This document shows, one piece after another, positions 20,595 through 30,489 of a stretch of DNA of 64,000 nucleotides. Under the pieces are notes generated by a model. It saw nothing but the letters and a program-made list of their open reading frames with translations. It was not told the DNA's origin and ran no database searches. The position numbers and the translations under genes are program-made. Positions within the stretch are counted from its first letter, which is position 1; every line of letters begins with the position of its first letter. This stretch comes from Ilumatobacteraceae bacterium (GTDB taxonomy: Bacteria; Actinomycetota; Acidimicrobiia; Acidimicrobiales; Ilumatobacteraceae): contig CAWHJP010000020.1 in NCBI GenBank assembly GCA_963829675.1, forward strand, positions 2,820 to 66,819. The letters run 5' to 3'.

Positions 20595-20628
20595 TGGTGG
20601 TGGATGTCAATGGGAGGAGGGGTTCCGC

Positions 20629-21262
20629 GTGCGGATCTCCGAGCTGAGCCGACGCAGTGGACGGTCCATCGCGACCATCAAGTACTACCTGCGCGAAGGG
20701 CTGCTGCCGGCCGGGTATCGGACATCGGCCAACCAGGCCGACTACGGCGAGGATCACCTGCGGCGCCTCCGTCTGATCACGATCCTGCTCGAGGTCGGAG
20801 GGCTGACGATCACGAGCATCAAGATCGTGGTCGACGCCATCGACGACGAGTCCCGCACCGTGCACGAGGTGCTCGGCGCAGCCCACCACACGCTCGCCCT
20901 CCGGGTCGCGACCCCCGTCGCCCTGCCGGAACACGACGAAGCCGAGACCGAGATCGACGACTATGTCCGCACACTCGGATGGAACGTGAAGGCCGACGCG
21001 CCCGGACGTCGGGAGCTGGCTGCCGTCCTGGTGTCGCTGCGGCGGATGGGCTGGCGGATCGACGCCGGAGTGTTCGACGAATATGCCCGGGCCGCAGACC
21101 AGATCGCAGCAGTGGGAACTCGCCCGCACCCCCGACGACGCCGACCGAACGGCGATCGTCGAGGCGGTGGTCGTTGGCACGGTGGCGTTCGAGACGGCAC
21201 TGGTCGCCCTGCGTCGCTTGGCCGAGGAGCACCACTCGGCCGCCCGGTACCAGCACCGGTGA
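20629..21262 (+). pseudogene. MerR-family transcriptional regulator, one frame break near 21112
   Basis: GTG 20629 preceded by GGGAGGAGG. The HTH reads VRISELSRRSGRSIATIKYYLREGLLP…DYGEDHLRRLRLI. After the shift the tail reads EWELARTPDDADRTAIVEAVVVGTVAFETALVALRRLAEEHHSAARYQHR then stop. Confidence 0.8.
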
Positions 21263-21289
21263 CGCCGACTCAGACGGGCTCGGTGCCGC

Positions 21290-22275
21290 TCAGGCGGCCT
21301 CGGCCGGGGTGACGAGGTGCTTGCGCAGCGCGGCGAGTTCGCCGAGTTGCATGCCGGCAGGGCCGGTGAGAAACCCGCCGACCCCGTCGGGGAAGCCGAG
21401 GAGCAGGTCGACTGCCTCGGCCATGGCCCAGCGGGGTGTGCCGAGCACGCCGGCGGCGGCCTCTGGTGAAATGCCGGCCTGCAGCATGTTGGCGAGGCTG
21501 TCGTGCTGATCCTCGGGAAACCGATACAGGCTGGTGGCTTCGTAGTCGTCGAGCACGGTGTCGCGGTCGACGCCCAGTGCGAGAAGCAGCACCGCCGCAA
21601 CGACTCCCGTGCGGTCCTTGCCGCCGTGGCAATGGAACACGGCCGGCGTGAGGCTGCGATCGGCGAGGCCTCGCATGACGGCGCCGATCTCGATGGCGCT
21701 GTGCGTGAGGGCCCCGACGTAGGTGTCGCGCAGCAGCTCCTCGCCGTCGCGGACGGTCATCTCCGGTGGTGGCGGGGGAGGAACCACGTCGCGTGGTCGC
21801 CCGACGATCGACAGATGCCGCGAGGGAACCGGTCCCGGGAAATTGGCGCGCTCCACGTCTCCGCGCAGGTCGTAGACCGTCGTCACGCCAAGTCGTGGAA
21901 GGCGTCGAGGTCGTCGGCGGTGAGCTTGTGGAGGGCGTCGGCGCGAAACACCCGACCCCACCGCGTCACCCCGCCGGTGGCGGTCGGGTAGCCGCCGAGG
22001 TCGCGCAAGTTGGTGATCCCCTGGAAGGGGATGCGCCGTTCGGCCGCGACGACGGCTGGCCGGCTCGGCGGGACGAGCGACACGTAGGTCCGGCGCGGAA
22101 CCGGCCCGGGGATGCGAATCAGGCCGCCGCCCACCGCGGTCGCGAGGAGCGTGTGCTCGGCCGCGAGCGGCGTCGCACCCATCCCGATGTCGATCGGGTC
22201 GTCCGCTTGCCATCGCACGAGCAGTGCTCCATGCTCGTCGCGTTCGACTCGGATGTCTCGCAACACGCTCACCAT
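21290..22275 (-). pseudogene. tyrosine-phosphatase-like protein (Y_phosphatase3-type, HCx5R), one frame break near 21890
   Basis: N-terminal ORF 21883..22275 (…NLRDLGGYPTATGGVTRWGRVFRADALHKLTADDLDAFHDL) joins ORF 21290..22213 at GVTTVYDLRGDVE. Catalytic loop FHCHGGKDRTGVVAA. Confidence 0.8.
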
Positions 22276-22350
22276 GCAGGCGACGGTATCGACAGCGTCA
22301 TGGCTGACAAGTGAACGACCAATGAACCCTCGGAAGGCATTCGGATGGTC

Positions 22351-23094
22351 TCAGGCCCAGACTCGTGCGCTGATGTCGGCCCACAGGTGTCGATACGCCG
22401 ACGCTGCCGGACTCTTGGGGGCGAATACGGCGATGGGTGATCGTTGGATTCCCATCTGCTCGATGACGCTGGCGTTGGGGATCGCGGTGGGCAAGAACCC
22501 GGTGATGTCGGCCATCAGGTGGGCGACGATGTCGCGCTGCAGACGTTTGCGTCGATCGAGCATCGAGGCGAACGGCAGGACGAGCGGCGCCGGCGGGTGC
22601 TGGGCGAGGAAGTCGGTGAGTTGGTCGAGGGTGCGCTCGGACAGCGTGGTGGGGATGGTCGGCACGATCAGCGCGTCGGCGGCGCCGAACACGCTCTCGC
22701 TGGTGAGCGTGATCCCGGGCGGGCAGTCGAGGAGCGCAACGTCGTATCGGTCAGCGATCGGCTCGAGGAGTGCGGCGAGGCGCCGGGTGGGGCGTTTCGT
22801 GTGGTCGAGGGCGAGGTCGAGATGGCGCAGTGAGAAGTCGGCGGGCACGATGTGCACAGCGGGGTCGTCGGTGGCGCGGATGTTCGCGGCGAGCGACCCG
22901 GACTTCTTGACGAGACGCTGGGCGCCTCCTTTGACGAAGGGTTTGACCCGGACGAAGAACGTTGCGGCCCCTTGAGGGTCGAGGTCCCACAGCAGTACCC
23001 GCGAACCGTCGGCTGCGGCTTGGTGAGCGAGGTTGACCGCGGTCGTCGTCTTACCGACGCCGCCCTTGATGCTGTAGGTGGCGAGCACCTTCAC
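22351..23094 (-). CDS. ParA/MinD-family P-loop ATPase (orphan ParA-like)
   Basis: 247 aa, GTG start, deviant Walker A SIKGGVGKTTTAVNLA, LLWDLDPQGAAT and VALLDCPPG. Its start overlaps the stop of the upstream CYTH-CHAD gene (GTGA). Confidence 0.9.
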   Translation of the reverse strand: MKVLATYSIKGGVGKTTTAVNLAHQAAADGSRVLLWDLDPQGAATFFVRVKPFVKGGAQRLVKKSGSLAANIRATDDPAVHIVPADFSLRHLDLALDHTKRPTRRLAALLEPIADRYDVALLDCPPGITLTSESVFGAADALIVPTIPTTLSERTLDQLTDFLAQHPPAPLVLPFASMLDRRKRLQRDIVAHLMADITGFLPTAIPNASVIEQMGIQRSPIAVFAPKSPAASAYRHLWADISARVWA

Positions 23095-24633
23095 GTGTCG
23101 ATCGCCCGGAGCAAGGCGTCGAGGGAGTGTTCGTGGCCGGGCTGTCGTAGTCGGCGAAGCGTCCAGCGAACTCGGCGCGGGCGGCTACTCGAGTCTGGTC
23201 GAGCCGTTCGGTGAGCTGACCGATGGCGACCATGGTGCCGTGCGTCTGCTCCGGTCGCGTCGAGGTCAGCGGCGAGTGATCGCAGCAGCGTGCATGTGGA
23301 CTTCGGCGTCTTGATGCTCGCCCAGGTTTTCCTGCAGCGCCTTGAGCCGCTTCACGTATTGCCTGCGGGGTTTGTCGGGCAGCAGACTGCCGAAACACTC
23401 GATCAGGTAGCGGAGCTTCTTGGCGTCCTTGCGAAGGCTGTGCACGTCGTCTGCCGGCGTGTCGGGTCCGATCAGTCGCCCCCCATCGATCAGCGTCTTG
23501 TGGGCACGGGCGATTCGCTTGGCGACCGTCCTGCCGAGGGGTTGATCGGCTCGTCGCGGCAGCGTGTCATCGCCGAGCGGCTCGGCAAGCCAGCGACCGC
23601 CACTCGGCCATCAGTTCCGCTGCTCGCTCGGATCGAAGCACACCGGCCAGCTCGAAATGCGCTTCAGCTCGGTGCCGCGCGAGCACGTCACGCACCGGCG
23701 CCAACGCGGCAGCGGCTTCGACCCCGAGCGGGTCGGTGTAGCGCTCCCACTCGAGCAGGTAGACATCGAGATCGCGGGCCGCCCCGGTCGCTCCCGCCAA
23801 CCATGCGAATTCCTCCCGTGCGGGATCGAGTACTGCGGCCGGCACGAACAGACTTGGACGCTCGCGAGGACGGTTCGGGTGCGTCGCACCGCGATGCGAA
23901 GGTCGTGCAGGAACTTCGGGTCGATCTGATCGATCGTGCCCTGCCAGTTGGCGGCGATCGACACCGTCGAGGTTGGCGAGCACGGCGCGAAATCCTTCGA
24001 GCGACGCCATTCCGGGTGCAAGTGGCACGGTTGCACTCGACGTGAAGCCTGCAAGATCGATGCCGGCCGCCTCTGCGCACTGGGTCAGGGTGTCGGACCC
24101 ACACGCTTCGAGTCCGACGTCTTGGAGGACGGCGACGACACGATCTGACCGCTTGGCGTACCCCGGTACTTCATGGATCTCGATCATGGTGAACCGATCG
24201 ATGACCGGTCCGTCCAGGAGATGAACATCCTCGTGGAGCTCGGCGATCGCCACGACCTTGCCGGTCCTGTCGCGCCACACACCAGTGGAGCGGCCCATCC
24301 GTATCCGAAGCTGCGGCAACAACGCACGAACATCGACCAATGCGGCGAGGCGCGACCGGAACGGTCCGGACGGCAGATCGGCCAACACACGCGGCACCAC
24401 GTCGACCGTCAGATGCGCTGGGACGACATTCTCTCCGGACAGTACGAGTTCGATCACGTTCCGACCGACGCAGTTCGAGCCGCAGCCCGGCCCCGTGCAG
24501 GCGTCCGTCGAAGGTGTCGACCAGCGTCGTCGTCAGCGTTCCGCCGTGGTCCGAACGCCAGCCCGAGTTCGGTGATCGCATCGATCACGTCCGAGGTGGC
24601 GTGTGCTGGAACTCGGAAGGTGACGACCGGCAT
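23091..24633 (-). pseudogene. CYTH-CHAD two-domain protein, about 7 frame breaks
   Basis: Reconstructed in order:
- MPVVTFRVPAHATSDVIDAITELGLAFGP
- DHGGTLTTTLVDTFDGRLHGAGLRLELR
- …IELVLSGENVV…MIEIHEVPGYAKR… (CYTH part)
- …ANWQGTIDQIDPKFLHDLRIAVRRTRTVL
- …EEFAWLAGATGAARDLDVYLLEW…
- WLAEPLGDD…DDVHSLRKDAKKLRYLIECFGSLLP…LKALQENLGEHQDAEVH
- …MVAIGQLTERLDQTRVAARAEFAGRFADYDSP
- GHEHSLDALLRAIDT then stop
The repeated HxLR(K/I) helices are CHAD-like. Confidence 0.75.
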
Positions 24634-24670
24634 CAGGCCACGAAGGTAGCGCCGGACTCATACTGTTGAC

Positions 24671-25150
24671 GTGACGATCGAGATCGAACGCAAATTCCTC
24701 CTGCCCGAACCGCCAAATCACGACCGACTGGGCCCGGGAACCCACATCAGGCAGGGCTACCTCGCCGAGGAGGGTTCCGTCGAGGTGCGGGTGCGGATCA
24801 CCGACGACGCATCCAGCGTCACGGTCAAAGCGGGCTCTGGACTGTCGCGCACGGAGGTCGACGTGGCGATCTCCGCAGAACAGGCCGAGGCACTCTGGCC
24901 ACACACGGCGGGCCGGCGAATCGAAAAGACACGCCACCGCGTCGCGCTCGATGACGACAAGCCGGAGTACGTGGGCGAAATCGACATCTACGACGGAACG
25001 CTCGACGGGCTGTGCGTCGCCGAGGTCGAGTTCACCTCCGAGGCCGTCGCAGCATCATTCGACCCTCCCGACTGGTTCGGACGGGAACTCACCGGAGACC
25101 CGGCCTGGAGCAACGCCGCACTCGCCCGGCATGGACGGCCCGACACCTGA
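24671..25150 (+). CDS. CYTH-domain protein (triphosphate tunnel metalloenzyme family)
   Basis: 159 aa, GTG start, signature EIERKFLL at the N-terminus and EVEF near the C-terminus. It is divergent from the CYTH-CHAD gene with only about 37 bp between the two starts. Confidence 0.85.
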   Translation: MTIEIERKFLLPEPPNHDRLGPGTHIRQGYLAEEGSVEVRVRITDDASSVTVKAGSGLSRTEVDVAISAEQAEALWPHTAGRRIEKTRHRVALDDDKPEYVGEIDIYDGTLDGLCVAEVEFTSEAVAASFDPPDWFGRELTGDPAWSNAALARHGRPDT

Positions 25151-25182
25151 CAGCACGTCGACGAGCGGTCTACCGTTCGGGC

Positions 25183-25812
25183 ATGTTGCTCGCAGAAGAA
25201 TTGGCGCTGATCGCGATCGACCCCGACTCGGGGCGGCACGCCATCGGTACTCGCGACAAGCTGAACGCCTGCCTGGCCGGTCTGCTGGTCGTCGAGGCAC
25301 AGTTCGACGAGCGGCCGGATGTGCCGATCATCGACGCGGCCCGAGAGGTCCTCGACGATGCGGGACCGAAGCTCAAGTCGGTGCTCTCCGCGATGAATCG
25401 AGGACTGGTGCGACGCCTCGGTAGCGGAACCTGGGACGCCGTCGTCCAGGGTTTGGTCGCGGCTGAGATCGTCGCGCCAGCGGACGGTACGGTCCGACCC
25501 AGACACCGCGTGCTCGAAACGGCACAGCGCGACGAGATCATCGATCGGCTGCGCGCCGCCGCGGCCAGCGACGATCCATTACCCGTGAACACTGCAGTGC
25601 TGTTGTCGATGACCGGGCCGGCACAGCTGCTCGAGCTCGTGGCGCCCGAACGAGCGGCCCGCAAACATGCTCGGCGGCGAATCGATCACGCGCTCGACGC
25701 CACCGCATTGGAACCCGTTTCTCAGTCGGTCCGCAAGGTGCTCGCCGACGCGGCTGCGGCTGTCGCCGTGGCGAGCTCCGTCGCAGCCATCGGTGCCGTG
25801 ACGTCTAGCTGA
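25183..25812 (+). CDS. GPP34/GOLPH3-family protein
   Basis: ATG 25183, in frame inside ORF 25012..25812. The start MLLAEELALIAIDPDSGRH… and overall helical pattern match my memory of bacterial GPP34 proteins. Confidence 0.65.
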   Translation: MLLAEELALIAIDPDSGRHAIGTRDKLNACLAGLLVVEAQFDERPDVPIIDAAREVLDDAGPKLKSVLSAMNRGLVRRLGSGTWDAVVQGLVAAEIVAPADGTVRPRHRVLETAQRDEIIDRLRAAAASDDPLPVNTAVLLSMTGPAQLLELVAPERAARKHARRRIDHALDATALEPVSQSVRKVLADAAAAVAVASSVAAIGAVTSS

Positions 25813-25872
25813 ACAACGTGGCCGCGCGGAACGTGGAGCCCGTCTCGACGCGGCCACCGGCCGTCGTTCGAG

Positions 25873-26253
25873 TCAGCGCTCGTCGCGGCGTTCTTTGACG
25901 AACAGTCGCAGCAGGATGACCCCGGCGAGCAGCGCGCCGAGCCAGACGATGACGGTTGCCAGCACCCATGTGCCGGCGCCTTCGATGCTGAGCCCGTCGG
26001 ACAAGAGGTCGGTCACCAACAACGCGAGGAACGTCGTGACGAGCGACGTGAAGATCCGCAGCCGCTCGGCATGCTCGGTCACCGTCTTCTCGATGAACGG
26101 TTCGAGGATCAACTCGGCGACGGTGAAGATGATCACGGCGAGGATGAACGCCGCGCCGTCGAGCTTCACGTCGTCGAGCAGGGCGGCGGCCACGAGGAGC
26201 CCGATGGCGTTGCCGGCGATCGTGAGCCCGACCTTGATCAGAGTGCGAACCAT
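25873..26253 (-). CDS. small 4-TM membrane protein (phage-holin-family-4-like)
   Basis: Starts at MVRTLIKVGLTIAGNAIGLLVAAALLDDVKLDG… (ATG 26253). Four hydrophobic helices and a basic tail, KERRDER. Confidence 0.65.
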   Translation of the reverse strand: MVRTLIKVGLTIAGNAIGLLVAAALLDDVKLDGAAFILAVIIFTVAELILEPFIEKTVTEHAERLRIFTSLVTTFLALLVTDLLSDGLSIEGAGTWVLATVIVWLGALLAGVILLRLFVKERRDER

Positions 26254-26342
26254 GTTGTGACCTCGCTGTCCTGTCGTAGTACGTGTCCGAACATCATTGC
26301 GCATGCCCGTTCGGCGTCATGGGATAGCAGGGCTCGACTGCG

Positions 26343-27027
26343 TCAGAGGGCCGGCTCGGAGTCAACACCGGCATCGCCGCCGGGCCGGGGTGGTGCGGTG
26401 CGGCGGGGATACAGCGAGACCAGGCGGGCCACGAACGTGGCGAGGAAGATCTGGCCGATCATCGCTTCGATCACCGTGAGGCGGGCCGCGAACGGTTCGT
26501 CCGGAACCTGATTGCCGAAACCGAGCGTCGTCAGCACGACGAAGCTGAATTCGGGAAACGCCGACGGGATCGTGGCGTCGAACGAGAACTGGTCGCTGTC
26601 GACGGTCGACATCCCGAGGTAGAGCCACGAGAACGCCAACCCGATGAGGGCGTACGCGGCGACGGCGCCGATGATCGTCTGGATGGTGACGACCTCGTGC
26701 GCGAGCACCGCCCGCAGCAACGCGACGACGAGGAAGATGAGGAGCGCGAACTGGGCGAACGAGGAGATCGCCGCGCCGTTCGAGCCATCGTTGGCAACCG
26801 TCGAGAGCACCGCGGCAGCAGTGGCGACCACGACGATTCCACTGGCGATCGGCATCGTCGTGCGGACACCGGTGGTGCGGAATGCCACCACGACCAGCAA
26901 CGAGATTGACGAACGTGGTGACGGTCGTCGCCCACTCCTGCTGGATGCCGGAGATGATGAACGCGATCATGATGATCACCAGCAACCGGCCGAAACGGTC
27001 GGTGGGATTCGCCCGGGCGAGCTTCAT
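26343..27027 (-). pseudogene. two-TM-type potassium/ion channel protein, one frame break near 26900
   Basis: N-terminus MKLARANPTDRFGRLLVIIMIAFIISGIQQEWATTVTTFVNL (ORF 26362..27027) joins ORF 26343..26900. Pore helix plus filter-like motif FSFVVLTTLGFGNQVP. Confidence 0.75.
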
Positions 27028-27114
27028 CGTCGATGGTGTCCCTTCTCCGTCACGCGGACCGCGAAACTAGTGGGCCACGATCGCCAATGGTGGGACGGCT
27101 AGGGTCGGGCCGAG

Positions 27115-27588
27115 ATGGGCAGGCTCTGCGAACGACCGGGTTGTTCCGAACCGGCGTCGGTCGCGTATGGGATGCGGGCCGAGGATCTGGTGTTCTGGCT
27201 CGATGTGCTCCGCGAGGACGGTGGCGCCGCGCCCGGGGTGCTGTGTCGACGCCACGCCGACTCGATGGTCGTCCCGCGGCACTGGACCCTCGACGATCTA
27301 CGCGACCCCGATCTTCGCCTGTTCCGACCTCCCGCGTTGCTGCCGTCTCCGGCTCCGGTTCCCCGGCGCCGGAGCCAGCCGGCCGGGTCGGGATCGGAGC
27401 AGCTCCTGCTGTTGACCGACGTCTCCCCGGAGCCGCTCGACGGTGCGACGACCGACGCCGACGCCGTTGCTGCGGTGCCGTGGACACCGACGTTCGACGA
27501 GCACGACGATCTCGACGGGTTGTTGTCGGCGCGCTCGCCGCTGTTGGCTCGCGCGTTTCGCGGCGGCGGTCGTCCGCGACCGGCCTGA
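27115..27588 (+). CDS. DUF3499-like conserved actinobacterial protein
   Basis: MGRLCERPGCSEPASVAYGM…VLCRRHADSMVVPRHWTLDDLR fits the Cys/His N-terminal pattern I recall for DUF3499. Confidence 0.65.
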   Translation: MGRLCERPGCSEPASVAYGMRAEDLVFWLDVLREDGGAAPGVLCRRHADSMVVPRHWTLDDLRDPDLRLFRPPALLPSPAPVPRRRSQPAGSGSEQLLLLTDVSPEPLDGATTDADAVAAVPWTPTFDEHDDLDGLLSARSPLLARAFRGGGRPRPA

Positions 27589-27614
27589 CGATCATGGCCT
27601 GACACCGATCGAGC

Positions 27615-28077
27615 ATGGAGATCACTCGCGAGTTGATCGTGCCGGCGACGGTCGAGCGCACATTCGGACTCGTCGACGACCTGGGCGTGTACCCGACGTG
27701 GTTGAGGATGGTCCACGCCGCGACCCCTGACGATTCGGCCGAACTCGACACCGGAACCGAGCGAGCGGCATGGATCGTCGAGTTGCGCGGCGCAGGTCGG
27801 GCCGTTCGCCCGGTCGAAGCGACTGCGGATGGTGCGCTCGGTCCACGAACCGACCGAGCGGGTGCGGTTCGAGCGGGCCGAGCGCGACGGCCGTTCGCAC
27901 GCGCCGTGGACCCTCGAGGTCGAACTCGAACCCGATCGCGAGGCGTCGACGTCGACCAGATTGACGATGCGCCTGCACTACGGCGGCCGGCTCTTCACCG
28001 GCGCCCTGCTGCATCGGGTGCTCGACGACGAGATCGAACACGGCAGCGCGGAGCTCGTCCGGATCGTCAGCGACTGA
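27615..28077 (+). pseudogene. SRPBCC (polyketide cyclase/START-like) protein, one frame break near 27795
   Basis: MEITRELIVPATVERTFGLVDDLGVYPTWLRMVH… continues in ORF 27829..28077 (MVRSVHEPTERVRFERAERDGRSHAPWTLEVELEP…TMRLHYGGRLFTGALLHRVLDDEIEHG…). Confidence 0.75.
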
Positions 28078-28148
28078 CGCGCTTGCGCGGGTTGACGACC
28101 GGGTTGCTCGATGCGGTTCGTCGGACGGCGATCTGTGATTCTTCGGCC

Positions 28149-29085
28149 ATGGACGCCGCCGCCTTCAGTGAATCCCTGTCGTCGGTGCTCGACGGTGCTG
28201 CCATCACCGACCTGCACCGATTGTCGGGAGGCGCGTCGCGGGAGACATGGCGGTTCCTCGCGGACGGCCGGCCGACGATCGTCCAGCGTCAGCGGGCGGG
28301 CGATCAGCGCGACATGCTCATCGAGGCCGATGTCGTGCGGGCGGCCGGTGTGGCGGGCGTGCCGGTGCCCGAACTCCTCGCCGCGGAGCGACAACCCGAC
28401 GGTGCCGCATTCATGGTGCTCGAGGCGATCGAGGGCGAGACGATCGCCCGAAAGATCCTGCGCGACGACGACTACCGGACCGCACGCGCCAACCTGGTCG
28501 CCGACATCGGCCGGGCACTGGCGCGAATCCACACGATCGATCCGGCGCCGCTGACGAAGCTGGTCGAGATCGATCAGGTGGCCTTGTACACCGATGCGCT
28601 CGACAACCTCGGCCAACCCCATCCCGTGCTCGAACTGGTGCGCAACTGGCTCATCGACCATCGACCGGCTCCCGGTCGGGTCGCCGTCGTGCACGGCGAC
28701 TTCCGCCTCGGCAACCTCATCGTCGGTGCGAACGGGCTTGAACGCCGTGATCGACTGGGAACTCGCCCACATCGGCGACCCGATGGAGGATCTCGGCTGG
28801 CTGTGTGTGAAGGCGTGGCGGTTCGGCCAGGGTCCACCGGTTGCCGGCGTGGGGGACTACGACGAACTGGTCGATGCCTACGAAGCCGCGGCGGGGGTGA
28901 CGATCGATCGGGCGGCGATGCACTGGTGGGAGGTGCTCGGCACCTGGAAATGGGCCATCATGTGCATCGGCCAGGCCGCGACGCATCTGTCGGGCGTGAG
29001 CCGCAGCCACGAACTGGCGGCCATCGGTCGTCGCGTCTGCGAGAACGAATACGACCTGTTCCTGGCGTTGGAAGGGAAGTGGTGA
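28149..29085 (+). pseudogene. aminoglycoside/choline-kinase-like phosphotransferase (APH family), one frame break near 28740
   Basis: ATG 28149, in frame inside ORF 27615..29435 (LHRLSGGASRETWRF…AFMVLEAIEGET…VVHGDFRLGNLIV). It continues in ORF 28594..29085 (AVIDWELAHIGDPMEDLGW…). Confidence 0.8.
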
Positions 29086-29435
29086 TGACGGCGCCCCACG
29101 ACGTTCCGACTGCCGGCCAACTCGTCGAGGCGGTGCGCGAGTGGCTCGAACGCGATGTCGCCGCGGCGACCGAGGGCCGACTGAAATTCCACGCCCGCGT
29201 GGCGGCCAACGTGCTGGCGATGGTGGAACGCGAGCTCGACCTCGGCGGCGCCCAGGCCTCGGAGCATGCAGCTCGGCTTGCCCGGTTGGGCGTGCCGGAC
29301 GATGCCGCGCTCGCCGCCGCGATTCGCCGGCACGAGTTCGACGATCGGATCGACGAGGTGCGTGAGCTCCTGCTGAACTCGGTGATCGACAAACTGCTCG
29401 TCGCCAACCCGGGGTATCTCAACGGCGCAGGCTGA
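29085..29435 (+). CDS. small helical protein usually paired with the preceding phosphotransferase (DUF6285-like)
   Basis: ATGA overlap with the upstream stop. MTAPHDVPTAGQLVEAVREWLERDV…FHARVAANVLAMVEREL…. Confidence 0.6.
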   Translation: MTAPHDVPTAGQLVEAVREWLERDVAAATEGRLKFHARVAANVLAMVERELDLGGAQASEHAARLARLGVPDDAALAAAIRRHEFDDRIDEVRELLLNSVIDKLLVANPGYLNGAG

Positions 29436-30474
29436 GGGTCACCGGCTGGCCGGCCGCGAGCTGGCCGCACGCCGCATCGATGTCCGTGCCCCGGTTCTGA
29501 CGAACGGTGGCGTTGGCGCCGGCCGCCTCGAGCAGGTCGCGGAAGGCATGGACCCGCTTCAACGGCGTGCCCCGCGTCGGGTATCCCGGGGTCGGGTTGA
29601 GCGGGATCAGGTTGACGTGGGCGTGGGGATACAGCCGCCGGCAGATGCGCGCCAGTTCGGTGGCGTCGCTGTCGCGATCGTTGACGCCGTCGATCATCGC
29701 CCATTCGAAACTCACCCGACGGTTCTTCACCGACAGGTAGTGGTCGCAGGCCTCGACGAGGTCGTCGATGGGATAGCGCTTGTTGATCGGCACGAGTTCG
29801 TCGCGCAGGGTGTCGTTCGCGGCGTGCAGCGACACCGCCAGGTTGACCGGGAGCGGGAGGTCGGCGAGCTTCCGGATGCCGGGGATCAGCCCGACGGTCG
29901 AGATCGTGATGTGCCGGGCCGACAGTCCGAGATCACCGTGGAACCGTTCGACGCTCTTCCAGACCGCGTCGAGGTTGGCCATCGGCTCGCCCATCCCCAT
30001 GAACACGATGTTGCTCACGCGGCGCCCGGCGTCGCGGGCCCGACGCGACGCTCGGATCACCTGCTCCACGATCTCGCCGACGGTGAGGTGGCGGGTGAAA
30101 CCGGCCTGACCCGTGGCGCAGAATCCGCAGCCCATGGCGCATCCCGCCTGGCTGCTGACGCACACGGTCGCCCGATCGCGGTAGAGCATCAGCACCGTCT
30201 CGACTCGGCTGCCACCGTCGAGCTCCCACAGGAACTTCACGGTGTCGCCGCTGTCGCTCACCGATTCGGTGACGGCCGCCGAGCGCGAGTGGCAGGTCGT
30301 CGGCCAGTCTGGTGCGCAGCGACTTGGGCAGGTTGGTGATCTCGGCCGGATCGGCGAGCTGCTCGTACAGCCCCGACCAAAGCTGGTCGAGCCGGTACCG
30401 CGGTTCGCCGTCGAGTGCCGTGGCGAGCTCGGTTCGGTCGACCCCATAGCGGGTCGGCGTTGAGGGCATCGCCA
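29419..30474 (-). pseudogene. rlmN: 23S rRNA/tRNA adenine-C2 methyltransferase RlmN (radical SAM), one frame break near 30275
   Basis: N-terminus MAMPSTPTRYGVDRTELATALDGEPRYRLDQLWSGLYEQLADPAEITNLPKSLRTRLADDLPLAL lies in the frame of ORF 29933..31648. It joins ORF 29419..30447 at AVTESVSDSGDTVKFLWEL. Radical-SAM motif CAMGCGFCATG. Confidence 0.88.
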
Positions 30475-30489
30475 TGCGGGTCCTTCCGA

